Shown here: positions 9,765 to 20,077 of the stretch, one piece after another
Layout: each line of letters opens with the position of its first letter
Position numbering within the stretch: position 1 is the first letter of the stretch
Virus genome (UHGV): UHGV-0113213
Strand: one strand, 5' to 3'
Source: a virus
DNA length: 52,407 nt
Translations under genes and position numbers: made by a program
The notes under the pieces: model-generated
Seen by the model: only the letters and a program-made list of their open reading frames with translations
Told to the model about the DNA's origin: nothing
Database searches by the model: none

Positions 9765-9795
9765 AAAATAACCCCGGCATTGCACCGGGGTTTAG
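9765..9795. terminator. bidirectional rho-independent terminator
   Basis: CCCCGGcattgcaCCGGGG hairpin followed by a T-run. Confidence 0.7.
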
Positions 9796-9796
9796 T

Positions 9797-12139
9797 TTAT
9801 TTGCGGCGAGGTTGCAACATTCCGCCTGGTCTTTGAGATTCCCTTGTTATCATTTTCATGGCTACACGTTCCATTGTTAATTCAAGTCTGCGGCTGTCTT
9901 CGTCGCTGAATCCGTTCGTGGTCTGAATGCTGATACTGACAGGCATACTAATACCGCCACCGCCGCCAATATCACGGCCCGGAATAACTCTGCCGTTCTC
10001 GCCAGGGATCATATATTGATTGCCGTTAGATGTCTGGAATAGCTCCGGCCTGTTGTGTTCCCCTACGCGGTACATATTACCACCAATGACGCTACCACCA
10101 TTAAAGCGACCGCCGCCGAAAATTGACGTAGCCAGCGACATGATCGCAGTGAGCGCCGCCGAACCAGCCGCCGCCCAGCTACCGCCAGTTGACGCCGCAG
10201 TTGCCGCCGCTGCTGGGGCCGCCGCCGCAGCAATGCTTCCCTGAGCTGCTACCGCGCTTGCTGTTGTACTTGTTTGCGTGGCCTTGCTTTGTGTCTCCAT
10301 CATGATCTGATCTGCTATCCAGTTTGCAGCTATGTCTGAGAGTCTGTTACCGATATTGCCGAGTATATTGCTTCCTAAGTTAGCAAAAACATCACTCAAT
10401 GATTGAGTGCCGTTTAACAGGCCAACAAGCGCATTACTCATTCCGCCTTTAAGGCCATTAACACAATCACCGATAAGGCCGTTTGTGTCGCTTTGCGCCT
10501 GCCATTGTTCCCATTTCAGATCGCGGATCTGTTGCTCATAGGCTAACAATTCCTGTTTCTGTTGCGCTTCAGTAGCGCCCAGGTCTATAAGCATTTGCTT
10601 ACGGATGGCCCATTCATTTTGCGCCTGCTGGATGGGGTCAACTTCGCCTTTTAGCTGATCCATCGGGCTTACTATTTGTGACCATTTATCACGCAATTCA
10701 TCTACCGGAATTTGTGCTAATTCTTCTTTCAGTTCCTTGCCGATCCCTTTTTGCGCGGCGCGGTACTCAAGGAGCGTGATTTTACCCTGGGCAAATGCAG
10801 CATCAATGGCCTTGCCGTTCTCCAACGCTTTGCGCATGGCGGCGGCGTCTTTGTTGTACTGATCAGAAACGCTTATACCTTTGTCACCAAGCCGATCAGC
10901 TTCCGATTTCTTCTCTTTTTTCTGTTTTTTCGGCTTGTCTACTGGCTTGTCGAATCCGGTAATCGCTCCGTCATTGGCAGCATTCTGTTCATTTTTCCTT
11001 GCTTCTTCTGTAGCCTGGATTGCTGCGGTCAGATCATCCTGTAGTTGCATGACCTTGCCAACGGTCTTCCCGTATTTCTTCTCGTAGTTGCTGTTATATT
11101 CGTCGGTTTGCTCTCCTACTACCTCCTTCATCCATTTATAGCCATCCATTAGCGCCTTGATTGGCGTCACCATTGCGATGATCTTCTCTGCCACCTCTCC
11201 AGCCTTAACAGCCACATCATCAAACATGTCGATAAATTCGCTACCAGCCGTTTTGAGTGTGTCGAAGCAGGTTTTAGCGAATTTAGCGCCATCGCCAAGC
11301 CCTTTAACGCCTTTCGTGATCAAGTCGATAGCTGAAACAACGCCATCTGACACGCCAAAAAGATCATCCAACTGCTCAACAAGGCCCATAATTTCTACTT
11401 TAAGCTCATTGATAGCCATGCCGGATGTGCGCGGCAACTGAGCAAACTTATCGTTTGTTTCCTGCGTAGCCGCCTGTATTGCGTTAACCATCCTTTCAGC
11501 CGTGATCTTGCCGTCCAGCATTTCGGCGCGGAACTGGCCCATTGATAATCCCATATGGCGGGCCATTGTTTGTACGATGGTCGGCGTATTTTCAAGCAGG
11601 CTGTTAAATTCTTCGGCACGAAGAACACCGCCGTCGATAGACTGACGGAATTGACGCATTGAGTTAGACATCTGTTCCGCTGACGCGCCGCCTAATGCAC
11701 CCATTTTCTGAATAGTGCCAACCAGGTTAAGCAATTGCCCTTCCGTAGCGGAGGTGTTTTTTAGTGAGATAGCCAGGCCTTGCCATAATTCGCCAGTATC
11801 TTTCAGGCTCTGCCCCGTCTCCCTGGATATTGCTTTCAGGCCGTCGAAAACCCGTCCGGCGGACTCCGCATCGCCCGTAAGCATTTTGATTTTTACGCGA
11901 AGCATTTTTGCTTGCTCCGCCATATCCATAAATTGGCGCACAGCCTCCGCAGCAATTAGCAGATGGATAACCCTGGTCAGTGCCTTGATGGATGTTTTCA
12001 GGGTGTTTACCTGGCGGTCAGCCTGTTTTGCGCCGCGCTCTATACGATCAAAGGCCTGGTCTGCCTGTCGTTGTGCAACGAGAAGTTGACCAGTTTTCGC
12101 ATCAACTTCGTAATAAATTGTACCTACACTGGTAGCCAT
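9797..12139 (-). CDS. H: tail tape measure protein
   Basis: 780 aa, long alpha-helical region, Gly/Ala-rich C-terminus; sits between chaperone and M. Confidence 0.85.
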   Translation of the reverse strand: MATSVGTIYYEVDAKTGQLLVAQRQADQAFDRIERGAKQADRQVNTLKTSIKALTRVIHLLIAAEAVRQFMDMAEQAKMLRVKIKMLTGDAESAGRVFDGLKAISRETGQSLKDTGELWQGLAISLKNTSATEGQLLNLVGTIQKMGALGGASAEQMSNSMRQFRQSIDGGVLRAEEFNSLLENTPTIVQTMARHMGLSMGQFRAEMLDGKITAERMVNAIQAATQETNDKFAQLPRTSGMAINELKVEIMGLVEQLDDLFGVSDGVVSAIDLITKGVKGLGDGAKFAKTCFDTLKTAGSEFIDMFDDVAVKAGEVAEKIIAMVTPIKALMDGYKWMKEVVGEQTDEYNSNYEKKYGKTVGKVMQLQDDLTAAIQATEEARKNEQNAANDGAITGFDKPVDKPKKQKKEKKSEADRLGDKGISVSDQYNKDAAAMRKALENGKAIDAAFAQGKITLLEYRAAQKGIGKELKEELAQIPVDELRDKWSQIVSPMDQLKGEVDPIQQAQNEWAIRKQMLIDLGATEAQQKQELLAYEQQIRDLKWEQWQAQSDTNGLIGDCVNGLKGGMSNALVGLLNGTQSLSDVFANLGSNILGNIGNRLSDIAANWIADQIMMETQSKATQTSTTASAVAAQGSIAAAAAPAAAATAASTGGSWAAAGSAALTAIMSLATSIFGGGRFNGGSVIGGNMYRVGEHNRPELFQTSNGNQYMIPGENGRVIPGRDIGGGGGISMPVSISIQTTNGFSDEDSRRLELTMERVAMKMITRESQRPGGMLQPRRK

Positions 12140-12159
12140 GATTTAACCTCATGCAAAAA

Positions 12160-12219
12160 TGTGATCTGTGTATCTATTTTATACAAAATGGCTTTACTTC
12201 AACGACTCCATTTTGTATA
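12160..12219. promoter_or_regulatory. CRP-like half site plus 40-bp palindrome TATACAAAATGG-N16-CCATTTTGTATA
   Basis: Candidate promoter TTTACT-N17-TATAAG driving the lipoprotein gene at 12267. Confidence 0.45.
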
Positions 12220-12266
12220 AGGAAGCTAAAGGGAATGGTCAGTAAATCAAGTTAGCGTGGTGGGTT

Positions 12267-12926
12267 ATGAAACGGTTAGCAAAAGTGGCAATGATTGCGG
12301 CGGTATTGGGTCTGGTTGGTTGCAATGAGGATAATGAAAAAGCGCCTATAGTGACCAATCAAGAGCAACAAGCATTAGTAGAGAAAAATGCTAAATGGCT
12401 TGCAGAACAACAAGCAAAACAAGCCGCATACGATGCACAGTTAGAAAAAGAAAATGCTGGTAAACAGTGGCTTGTAGTTGAAAGAAAAGATGATATGCAG
12501 GACGCAAAAAACGTATTCCTTTTTGTGAAAGCAGAACAATTCAGCGGAAGTCTTGATGCTTTCCCGACACTGAAGGCACAGGATAAGAATAAACCGGTAT
12601 TAACAATCGCTTGCCAGGGTAATAAAACAAAAATGTTCGTAGCATGGTCACACCATGTAACTGACGCCGGGGACACTACTTATATTAACTACCGGATCGG
12701 CGTTCACAAAGCTGTAGCTACTGAGTGGTGGCGGTCAACTAATTATAAAGCTCTTGGATTATGGGACGGCAAAAAAGCCATCCCAATGATTAAAAAACTG
12801 GTTAACGAAAAACAATTCATCATTGAAGTAGTGCCGGAAGCTGGCGACATTGAGAAAGCAGTGTTTAACATTGATGGTCTTTATAACCACATCGACAAAG
12901 TGAAAAACGCTTGCAACTGGAATTAA
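12267..12926 (+). CDS. lipoprotein (moron)
   Basis: Signal peptide plus LVGC lipobox. Confidence 0.6.
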   Translation: MKRLAKVAMIAAVLGLVGCNEDNEKAPIVTNQEQQALVEKNAKWLAEQQAKQAAYDAQLEKENAGKQWLVVERKDDMQDAKNVFLFVKAEQFSGSLDAFPTLKAQDKNKPVLTIACQGNKTKMFVAWSHHVTDAGDTTYINYRIGVHKAVATEWWRSTNYKALGLWDGKKAIPMIKKLVNEKQFIIEVVPEAGDIEKAVFNIDGLYNHIDKVKNACNWN

Positions 12927-12936
12927 GGGGTAAATC

Positions 12937-13311
12937 ATGAAAAAAATAATCAAAGCGGTTCTCATTGGTGTTATGGCTTTAGCTCTTACAGGGTGCGCAA
13001 GATCAACTGATTTCGTTAAGTTAGCTGATAAAAATTTGCAAGTTGGAATGACTTGTGAGCAAGTGAATAAAATAATGGGGGAACCACAAAGAATCGAGCA
13101 TGACGGTAATTATAGTTATCACGTATGGTATTCAGTAACCAGCACGATAGGATTTACTTACATGGATGTTGAAGAATTATCCCCTTCAAGGGTTATCGCA
13201 AAGTTTGATAACTGCATCCTAAAAGAATGGAAAGATCGCAGTAAGGCAAAGTCTGTATACAATACAATCACACACAGTTCACCAGGTACAGCAATTAAAG
13301 ATTTCAATTAG
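12937..13311 (+). CDS. BamE/SmpA-OmlA-like lipoprotein (moron)
   Basis: LTGC lipobox; GMTCEQVNKIMGEPQ resembles the BamE motif. Confidence 0.5.
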   Translation: MKKIIKAVLIGVMALALTGCARSTDFVKLADKNLQVGMTCEQVNKIMGEPQRIEHDGNYSYHVWYSVTSTIGFTYMDVEELSPSRVIAKFDNCILKEWKDRSKAKSVYNTITHSSPGTAIKDFN

Positions 13312-14011
13312 CAAAACGCCCGGATCTACCGGGCTTTTCTTGCTCACGATTTTTCATTCTTTCTAGTGCCTTTTTAGCGGCCTCCATTTGCTCGTCATAA
13401 GCACGTTTATTTATGTGAATGTTTGGCTTGCTTTTCTCGTTTCTTTCGTCTGGCGGCGTTTTAGCGCGTACAGCGGCCCTATATCCGGTCATTGTCATAT
13501 TCCATGCTTCCGATTCTGACAAGCCCAGGTGAGCAACGGCAGAATAGACGAATTCAAGGACGTTAAAAGTCGGCTTATATTCCCCTTCCGGGATTTCCCC
13601 GGACTCTTCTTCCGGGCCATCACCAATAAGACCGTGGTACATGCAGTGCTGCGCAAGCGTGATGATATCCTCGATCGGCATTAATCCGGGCTTTAACTTT
13701 AACTTACCCGAAGGAGTAAACCAGCATTCGCCCAATAACGGGCCTATTTCGTCGTCTGAGCAACATTTCAGGATGTGCATTGATGTCTGAACTATTTCAC
13801 CATAACACCGCGCCAGAATGCGATTGCGTAGGTCTGGATCTGCTGGCAATCGTGATGGATATTTGCCGCCGTGGATAAGTGCGAAATATTCGACAAGCTC
13901 ACTATCGTTGCCGATTTTAGCCATCGCAGCAAAGCAAGGATTAAACTCATAGCGCTTACCGTTCACCACGGCAGCAAATTGTCCTGTACGAACATGGATC
14001 ATAGTATTCAC
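13304..14011 (-). CDS. tail assembly chaperone-like protein
   Basis: Lies between the major tail protein and the tape measure gene, the conserved G/GT position; no frameshift site identified. Confidence 0.45.
   Translation of the reverse strand: MNTMIHVRTGQFAAVVNGKRYEFNPCFAAMAKIGNDSELVEYFALIHGGKYPSRLPADPDLRNRILARCYGEIVQTSMHILKCCSDDEIGPLLGECWFTPSGKLKLKPGLMPIEDIITLAQHCMYHGLIGDGPEEESGEIPEGEYKPTFNVLEFVYSAVAHLGLSESEAWNMTMTGYRAAVRAKTPPDERNEKSKPNIHINKRAYDEQMEAAKKALERMKNREQEKPGRSGRFAN
13317..13342. terminator. rho-independent terminator
   Basis: CCCGGatctaCCGGG hairpin followed by CTTTTCTT. Confidence 0.6.
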
Positions 14012-14017
14012 CTTAAA

Positions 14018-14045
14018 AGAAAAGGGGCCAAATGGCCCCGATTGT
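14018..14045 (-). terminator. terminator/attenuator downstream of major tail gene
   Basis: GGGGCCatttGGCCCC hairpin followed by TTTTCTTTT on the minus strand. Confidence 0.6.
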
Positions 14046-14057
14046 TAATATTGGCTG

Positions 14058-14534
14058 TTATGCTGGCGGAACGTCGCCTACCGTTACCTTGCCAGCGCTT
14101 TCGCACTCAATAGACCAGGTGGAAACATCATCATGCGGATCTTCTTCTTTAAAGGAAGTGCAAAGGAATGGGCCTTCAGTTACGTCTACAGGAGAAACGA
14201 TCTTCAGCCATACATAAGGTTGTGATCCGGTGGTTTCACCTGGCGTAATTACGTGGCGTTTCAGCGCTTTCTGATTATGGATTTCTTCAGTGCGGGACAC
14301 ACCGTCGCCGGAGAAAGAAACGGATTTGTAAGTAACCATTGATTCTTTCGTGTAATCGGCTGATTTATCGGCGGTGGCGTCAGCGGTTTCCCATTCAACG
14401 GAAAGTGTTTTACCACGCATCATGCCTAACGCTTTGTACGCTTCAGCTTCCGGCTTCGCATTTGGACAAGCGATAGCGAAGAATACAGCAACGTCACGGC
14501 CTGTAAACGTGCCTTTTTCGCAAGTCTGAGACAT
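14058..14534 (-). CDS. major tail protein
   Basis: Position and size fit; a terminator follows. Confidence 0.55.
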   Translation of the reverse strand: MSQTCEKGTFTGRDVAVFFAIACPNAKPEAEAYKALGMMRGKTLSVEWETADATADKSADYTKESMVTYKSVSFSGDGVSRTEEIHNQKALKRHVITPGETTGSQPYVWLKIVSPVDVTEGPFLCTSFKEEDPHDDVSTWSIECESAGKVTVGDVPPA

Positions 14535-14547
14535 GTTTAGTTACCTC

Positions 14548-14934
14548 TTATCTGGATATTATGGTTTGAAAAGCTACGGTAAAAATAAAGCGCCCTTCTC
14601 TCGTCTGCATTGCGGGAATAGCGCCAACTGGCTTCATGTGTGTAATTTTATCAGTTTTATACTCGGTTATCATACTTTGACGTATTGCGTCGGCGAGGTC
14701 TTCCACTTCACTAATATTTGCATCGTTACGCGCTGAAATAACCAGGATGCGAAAATAGTCACGGGTTATCGCCTCTTCTCCCGCCGCGCCGCCGTTTTGC
14801 TGTATGACAATATATCTGCTGTTATTCGAATTGGATCGCTCATTCCAGAAACGGGCCTGCAAAATATAACCTTCGTCGTACCCGTGGGATTTAATCCAAT
14901 CCCTTATTTCGTCGTAAACCTCGCTGCGTTTCAT
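14548..14934 (-). CDS. tail terminator / tail completion protein
   Basis: Position. Confidence 0.4.
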   Translation of the reverse strand: MKRSEVYDEIRDWIKSHGYDEGYILQARFWNERSNSNNSRYIVIQQNGGAAGEEAITRDYFRILVISARNDANISEVEDLADAIRQSMITEYKTDKITHMKPVGAIPAMQTREGRFIFTVAFQTIISR

Positions 14935-15371
14935 GTCTTGTAACCTTCTATAATCGTTTTATAAATATCGTCTGCGTTATCTGGTTCCTCGAATGCTTTG
15001 CGCAAAAATTCAGGCTCCGCGTTCGGATCCCAGTAATTACCCTTACCAGTACCGCCGCCAAATTCGACGCCTTCTCTGGTTTTACCGAAATGTTCGCGCG
15101 GCTGGCCTTTTAATGTGCCCGGCATGTCATGCACCCATTCAGCGTAGCGGGCGGTATAACCCAGACGTAATTGCATACCCTCAGGAGTGTCACCTATATA
15201 CTGGAATTGACTGTTAATTAAAAAACCAGTATCGATCGGCGTCATATTTGCAGCAAATCCACCAGCAACAAGCCCCACTCGCCATAATACATCGTGCGTT
15301 TTTCTGTCTGTAATTTCCTTTAGCTCCTGCTTCAATCGCTCCCTGACGCGTTTAACGCCCTTAATAGGCAT
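14931..15371 (-). CDS. HK97 gp10-like head-tail joining protein
   Basis: N-terminus MPIKGVKRVRERLKQ is typical of the gp10 family. Confidence 0.5.
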   Translation of the reverse strand: MPIKGVKRVRERLKQELKEITDRKTHDVLWRVGLVAGGFAANMTPIDTGFLINSQFQYIGDTPEGMQLRLGYTARYAEWVHDMPGTLKGQPREHFGKTREGVEFGGGTGKGNYWDPNAEPEFLRKAFEEPDNADDIYKTIIEGYKT

Positions 15372-15373
15372 AA

Positions 15374-15763
15374 TTAACCCCCTGTTACGATCTTATAATC
15401 CGGCGTGTCGTTAAACATGCTCATGTCCCATTCAACGATTCCGGTTATAAAGTTGGCCCCAGCCGCCAGCGGGTCGGAAATAGCAGTAGTGTCACCAGTG
15501 GCAAGCATCCATCCTTTTTCAGGGAGCTGCACTGGCTGCATCTTGTGAAGCAGTTCGGTATATACGGTTATCGTGTTGCTAACCTCATTCCCGTTTGCGT
15601 CTGTTGCGGTTCCGTCAGTACGCTCCCATGCACAATCTACCAGGTATGGCGCACCGTATACGTCGGAGTTTGTCCAGTCGTCACGCGTTACGGGGTAAAT
15701 GGTGGCTAATGCCTTGTAACTGAATCTCGCGATCTTACTCATAGCCATAGCTCCATTTAACAA
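15374..15763 (-). CDS. head-tail adaptor protein
   Basis: Position. Confidence 0.35.
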   Translation of the reverse strand: MLNGAMAMSKIARFSYKALATIYPVTRDDWTNSDVYGAPYLVDCAWERTDGTATDANGNEVSNTITVYTELLHKMQPVQLPEKGWMLATGDTTAISDPLAAGANFITGIVEWDMSMFNDTPDYKIVTGG

Positions 15764-15920
15764 TTTTCGGATGGGTTTTCGCCACGCGCGGGCAAAGAAT
15801 TACCCATTCGCCAGCATCATTGAGGTAGGCGGCTACCTGTCGCCCGGTGTCTGTCTTCACCCATACGCGGGTAAACAGTTTCGGCAATAACGGATCCGGT
15901 AATGTCAGGTCGTTCCACAT
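15735..15920 (-). CDS. hypothetical 61 aa protein
   Basis: ORF in the structural operon. Confidence 0.3.
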   Translation of the reverse strand: MWNDLTLPDPLLPKLFTRVWVKTDTGRQVAAYLNDAGEWVILCPRVAKTHPKIVKWSYGYE

Positions 15921-15922
15921 TG

Positions 15923-16309
15923 TTACATCCTCCCACTTTTACCTATCCAAAGCCCTGCGTGCGCGGTGTTTTCTGGATCTGCTGGAATCAGTTCGGCTGT
16001 ACAGTGATGTTTATCAATGGAGTAAAGCAACGAATAGGCCGCCTTCCATCGTTTGTTGAAATCGACATAGCGGTATGACTGACTCGCACCGTTCGGCCCA
16101 GTCTGCGAGGAAACGTATTTATCAGCCTGGCTTAGTCCTAACAGGCCAATCAGATAAAGCTGAATCAATGTTGCAGTGGAGGCCGGATAGTTGGCATCAA
16201 GGCATTCATTAACGCTATTTGCCTGCTCCACCAGCAAAGATAAGATAATGTCTGGCAGGTCAATACCCTGGCTTTCAAGATATTCCCGCGCCTGTTCTGT
16301 AGTGACCAT
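15923..16309 (-). CDS. head-tail connector (gp6-like)
   Basis: Internal start MVTTEQAREYLESQG chosen. Confidence 0.45.
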   Translation of the reverse strand: MVTTEQAREYLESQGIDLPDIILSLLVEQANSVNECLDANYPASTATLIQLYLIGLLGLSQADKYVSSQTGPNGASQSYRYVDFNKRWKAAYSLLYSIDKHHCTAELIPADPENTAHAGLWIGKSGRM

Positions 16310-16326
16310 TTTGTTTGCTCCACATA

Positions 16327-16355
16327 CAAAAAAAATCCCCGGCATCGCGCCGGGG
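16327..16355 (-). terminator. strong terminator downstream of major capsid gene
   Basis: CCCCGGCgcgatGCCGGGG hairpin plus T8 on the minus strand. Confidence 0.75.
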
Positions 16356-16374
16356 AGTTACAGGAAATACGAAA

Positions 16375-17427
16375 TTATTTGTGACCGTAAACAACACCGG
16401 AACGGCCCAGCATGTCGCAGGTGATTTGTAAGCCTTCGGCAGACATGATTTTGAAGTTGTAGTTATCGGTAGGCATGGTGCGCGGCAGAGGCACTACGCC
16501 AGTAGTCATACCAACCAGCGGGGTAATGACGTTGCGGCGGCGTTGATAGGCAATGAACTCGTTGCCTTTCAGTGCATAGGTCTGACGGATTTCTTTAACC
16601 GGAATGAACGGTTTAACGATATTCAGAACACTGCCTACGACAGTCCCGTTTGCAATGTGCGGCGCTGCCAGGTTAGCCATAATTTCAGGTGACACCCACA
16701 TGAGATCATACTGGTCAACGCGGTTGTTGCGGGCCATAACACCGAATGCACCAGTGGTGAAGAATTTGATGAGAGCATCGAATCCGTCAGTGGTGAGATC
16801 TTCGGAGGTCATGACTAGTTGCTGGGTATTGCGGTGATTTTTAATACCCTGGCCAGGTTTACCGTTGACGTTGATTTTTGCGTTACCGTTAAGGTAATAA
16901 TCAACGCGGGCCTTGTTGAATTTTTGCAGTTTCAGGCGCTGGCTATCCAGTGCAAGGTCAATACCAACAGTTTTCAGACCTTCGGAATGACGCCAGCTGA
17001 CACCGTAACCCGCTGCGAACATCGGGATCGGGTCGCCATCGCTGCCATATTCAGTGTGATCGAAGCCATGCGGGGCTTGACCATCGATACTAACGACAAC
17101 TTCATCGTTAATATCACCGGATACGCTGTACATTTTCTCGGTTTTACCGATTGGCAATACGGTTTGCACAGCCATCAAATCGTTTACGATTTCAATACCA
17201 GTCTCTTCGGTGCTCATTTCGATAATCTGGTTATCGACAGCTTTCCAGAACTCCTGATCGAAGCCGCCAACGGCATTACATGCCAGGATGTCAGCGGTCA
17301 TGTTTGCCATATTTGCGGCAATAAGAGCGCCGTCCTGATCATTGAACATGTTGCGCTGCGCCCAAAGGTGATCCCACTGGGCACGAATGCGGCTGTTGGT
17401 AGCAAGGTTGTGTTTATTAAACAACAT
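16375..17427 (-). CDS. major capsid protein
   Basis: 350 aa; follows decoration and scaffold genes; a strong terminator follows. Confidence 0.7.
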   Translation of the reverse strand: MLFNKHNLATNSRIRAQWDHLWAQRNMFNDQDGALIAANMANMTADILACNAVGGFDQEFWKAVDNQIIEMSTEETGIEIVNDLMAVQTVLPIGKTEKMYSVSGDINDEVVVSIDGQAPHGFDHTEYGSDGDPIPMFAAGYGVSWRHSEGLKTVGIDLALDSQRLKLQKFNKARVDYYLNGNAKINVNGKPGQGIKNHRNTQQLVMTSEDLTTDGFDALIKFFTTGAFGVMARNNRVDQYDLMWVSPEIMANLAAPHIANGTVVGSVLNIVKPFIPVKEIRQTYALKGNEFIAYQRRRNVITPLVGMTTGVVPLPRTMPTDNYNFKIMSAEGLQITCDMLGRSGVVYGHK

Positions 17428-17446
17428 AGTTTTTCACCTCTTATTA

Positions 17447-17848
17447 TTATGCAACGCGGACACGTACAAAATCAGCCGCTTCAAGGGTTACAGTTTCCTG
17501 GCAGAAAGCGAAAACAGGTTCATCAGATGTAACCAATTTAAAGCCACCTTCACCAATGGTGATGGCAGCGTCTTTGGTGTAAGCACCTTCAGGAAGCAGA
17601 ATCGCAAATTCACGTCCTTCTTCTGCGTAGTCAGCAACCACGGAATGACCAACCGGGATCGCATCTTCAATGCCTAAACCTTCATGGTATGCCGGGTTAA
17701 CAACATAAATACGTCCTGTGGTATCAGTTGCGGCAGCGAATTTACCAGACGCCATTTTTACCGGAGTACCCGGCTTAAGTGCTGCGGCAGATACTGCTGT
17801 TTCAGTAACGGATTTGCCGTCAATATTTACACGACGAAAACGGGCCAT
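17447..17848 (-). CDS. head decoration protein-like
   Basis: Position between scaffold and capsid genes. Confidence 0.45.
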   Translation of the reverse strand: MARFRRVNIDGKSVTETAVSAAALKPGTPVKMASGKFAAATDTTGRIYVVNPAYHEGLGIEDAIPVGHSVVADYAEEGREFAILLPEGAYTKDAAITIGEGGFKLVTSDEPVFAFCQETVTLEAADFVRVRVA

Positions 17849-17858
17849 AATTCACCTC

Positions 17859-19145
17859 TTATGCGAAATAGTTGTTAATGTCAGGGGTGGCAGGTTTATT
17901 TCCACCAGCGGCTGAGTTTGCTGCCATTGGTGCTGCTTTACCCAGGGATTTAAACATTGCGTCTAACGCTTCACCACTTAATGCGTTAGCAACAATTTCG
18001 CCGTGTACTTTTGCTACTGCGGCGCGTTTTTCTGCTTCTTCTTTATTTGCGTTTGCTGCGATCTCTTCTTTAATCGCTTTCTGATTGGTCTGTAATTCTT
18101 CAACGCTTGCCTGTACTGGTTTTAATGCCTCTGCTACTGCATTAGCGATATTGGCGGATAAGCCTTCGTTAATTTCTTTTACCAGTTCGGCGCGTTCTTC
18201 TTTGGTCAAAGGCATGGGATCGTCCTCCGATTTATTGGCCTTAATTTTTTCATTCAGGGAGAAAAGATTAGAAAGGTGTTCAGCGAACTGCGTAAACCAG
18301 GATTTACTTTCCTCGTTGGTTGCAAGCTCGCCATTATTGAGAATAATTTTATCAGCCTGTTTTTCATATGCGCAAACTTGAGCACTTTCTGTATTAGTGG
18401 CGATCGTCACTTCTTTATCAGTGAAGTCCACCACATACACGTAATCGGCATCAGGAAATAATTCACGCGCCGCGTCGGTTAATTGTTTCTCAAGCGTACG
18501 GTAACTGTTTTCTTTCATTGCCACCGCCATTAACGGTTTCGCCTGGTCAGTATTAACCATCAACCCTACACCCTGTTCAGGTGATGCGGCTGGCGGCTCA
18601 TGCAGCAAAATAGCGTCATGGTCGATCGACATAATTTTTACTACATGGTCAGCGCCCTGGGCTTTCATCTCTTCAGTAGCTGGCATACGCTGACGATATA
18701 CAGCGACGGACGACCAGATAGGATCTTTGCTTTCTCCTTTCTCCAGTGCTTCCAGTCGGGTTAATAATTCACGCCCCTGTTCTGAATGGCTGGCTGTTTC
18801 AATATCCACCCATTTTTCCACATAAACACGATTGCCGCGTAATTCAACGTTTCTGTTCCACGCTCCACAAAACCCGGTGTTCAATCCTTCCGGGCTAAAT
18901 GCGGAAACAAATTTACCGTCAACGGTAGGATGACCCAGCGGGGCGAGTGTCCCCTCCAGTGACTGGTAATTAGCGATAATTTCAGCTTCCGGGTAATATT
19001 CACGATTCATAACGATATTGAATGGCAGCGTATATGATGGCACAACAATGTGCTCGCGTCCGTTATAAGTTTCCCGGCGTATGGTATTAGCGGTTAATTT
19101 GGTATTAACCTGAATCAGTTCTTTACTCACGGTTTTTACTCCCAA
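17859..19145 (-). CDS. scaffold / prohead protease-like protein
   Basis: C-terminal coiled coil. Confidence 0.4.
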   Translation of the reverse strand: MGVKTVSKELIQVNTKLTANTIRRETYNGREHIVVPSYTLPFNIVMNREYYPEAEIIANYQSLEGTLAPLGHPTVDGKFVSAFSPEGLNTGFCGAWNRNVELRGNRVYVEKWVDIETASHSEQGRELLTRLEALEKGESKDPIWSSVAVYRQRMPATEEMKAQGADHVVKIMSIDHDAILLHEPPAASPEQGVGLMVNTDQAKPLMAVAMKENSYRTLEKQLTDAARELFPDADYVYVVDFTDKEVTIATNTESAQVCAYEKQADKIILNNGELATNEESKSWFTQFAEHLSNLFSLNEKIKANKSEDDPMPLTKEERAELVKEINEGLSANIANAVAEALKPVQASVEELQTNQKAIKEEIAANANKEEAEKRAAVAKVHGEIVANALSGEALDAMFKSLGKAAPMAANSAAGGNKPATPDINNYFA

Positions 19146-20077
19146 TCTTCGCCATATTTAGCGTGCGCAACTTTATAGTTTTCTTGCGCCCGATCTAATA
19201 TTCGTTCGTTTAATATGTTACCGTCTTCGTCAACTAATACGGTAATCGTGCTACATTTGCAGTTAATTGAATTAGGGGATCTACTCCACCATTCGCGCTG
19301 CTCATCTATGGTGTATGTTTTACCGTGCCGCTGCGCGTGCGATAGCCTGGTAGTCGGTGATAATGCCGAAATGTGCATTTGCATAGTGCGCAGATTAAAT
19401 TCTTCTGTCGCCGCTTCTGCCTCATCCATACGCGCTGTGCGTAACGCTGTGCATATTTCAGTTCGAGCAATACGTTTACACCTGTATAGCGGTAATTGCG
19501 TCTCCTGATTCAATGTGCGCGCTATTTCCAGTGGGTTTAAACCACGGGCCATGCCTTCAGTTAATCGCCGGGCCATATCCTTTTTGATCTGTGCGGTCAG
19601 CCCGCGCATTTCCTCAAATACACGGGTACGGACCAGAGCAAGGCGTGTTCGGTAAGTTGTACTGGATAACACGGCAGATACATCGGGATAAACGCTTGAG
19701 TACGTGACAGACTGGTTAGCAAGGTTGGCGTATTCCTGTGCCGTGCCTCGCAGATACGCGACCTTCACGTATTCCTGCCAGAACCAAAAACTTTCCGGGT
19801 CGGTTAGCTCGAATATCTCATCAATCATGTCGCTGGCGTCCTCCAGCATGTCGTGCAATTCATCCATGTAAATCTGGAAGGTATATTTCTTATTAACAGC
19901 CAGGCTATATTGTATTTTGTCCAGTATGGCGATATATGGATCGGCTACTTTTTTCAGGCAGGATTTGAAACGCTTAATAGCGCCAGACCTCAACCTCCCT
20001 GTCATGGTCGGGTCTTCGGTGTTAGATGGCATTATCGCGGCTGGAGGTATTCGCCTGATTATTTTCTTCACCTTCAT
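19136..20077 (-). CDS. head morphogenesis protein (SPP1 gp7 / Mu F-like)
   Basis: Lies downstream of the portal gene. Confidence 0.5.
   Translation of the reverse strand: MKVKKIIRRIPPAAIMPSNTEDPTMTGRLRSGAIKRFKSCLKKVADPYIAILDKIQYSLAVNKKYTFQIYMDELHDMLEDASDMIDEIFELTDPESFWFWQEYVKVAYLRGTAQEYANLANQSVTYSSVYPDVSAVLSSTTYRTRLALVRTRVFEEMRGLTAQIKKDMARRLTEGMARGLNPLEIARTLNQETQLPLYRCKRIARTEICTALRTARMDEAEAATEEFNLRTMQMHISALSPTTRLSHAQRHGKTYTIDEQREWWSRSPNSINCKCSTITVLVDEDGNILNERILDRAQENYKVAHAKYGEDWE

Noticed and set aside
10020-10244. Plus-strand ORF encoding a Pro/Ala-rich peptide
   Set aside because: Antisense to the Gly/Ala-rich C-terminus of the tape-measure protein.
16819-17532. 237-aa plus-strand ORF
   Set aside because: Lies entirely antisense to the major capsid gene and capsid-decoration junction; no RBS.
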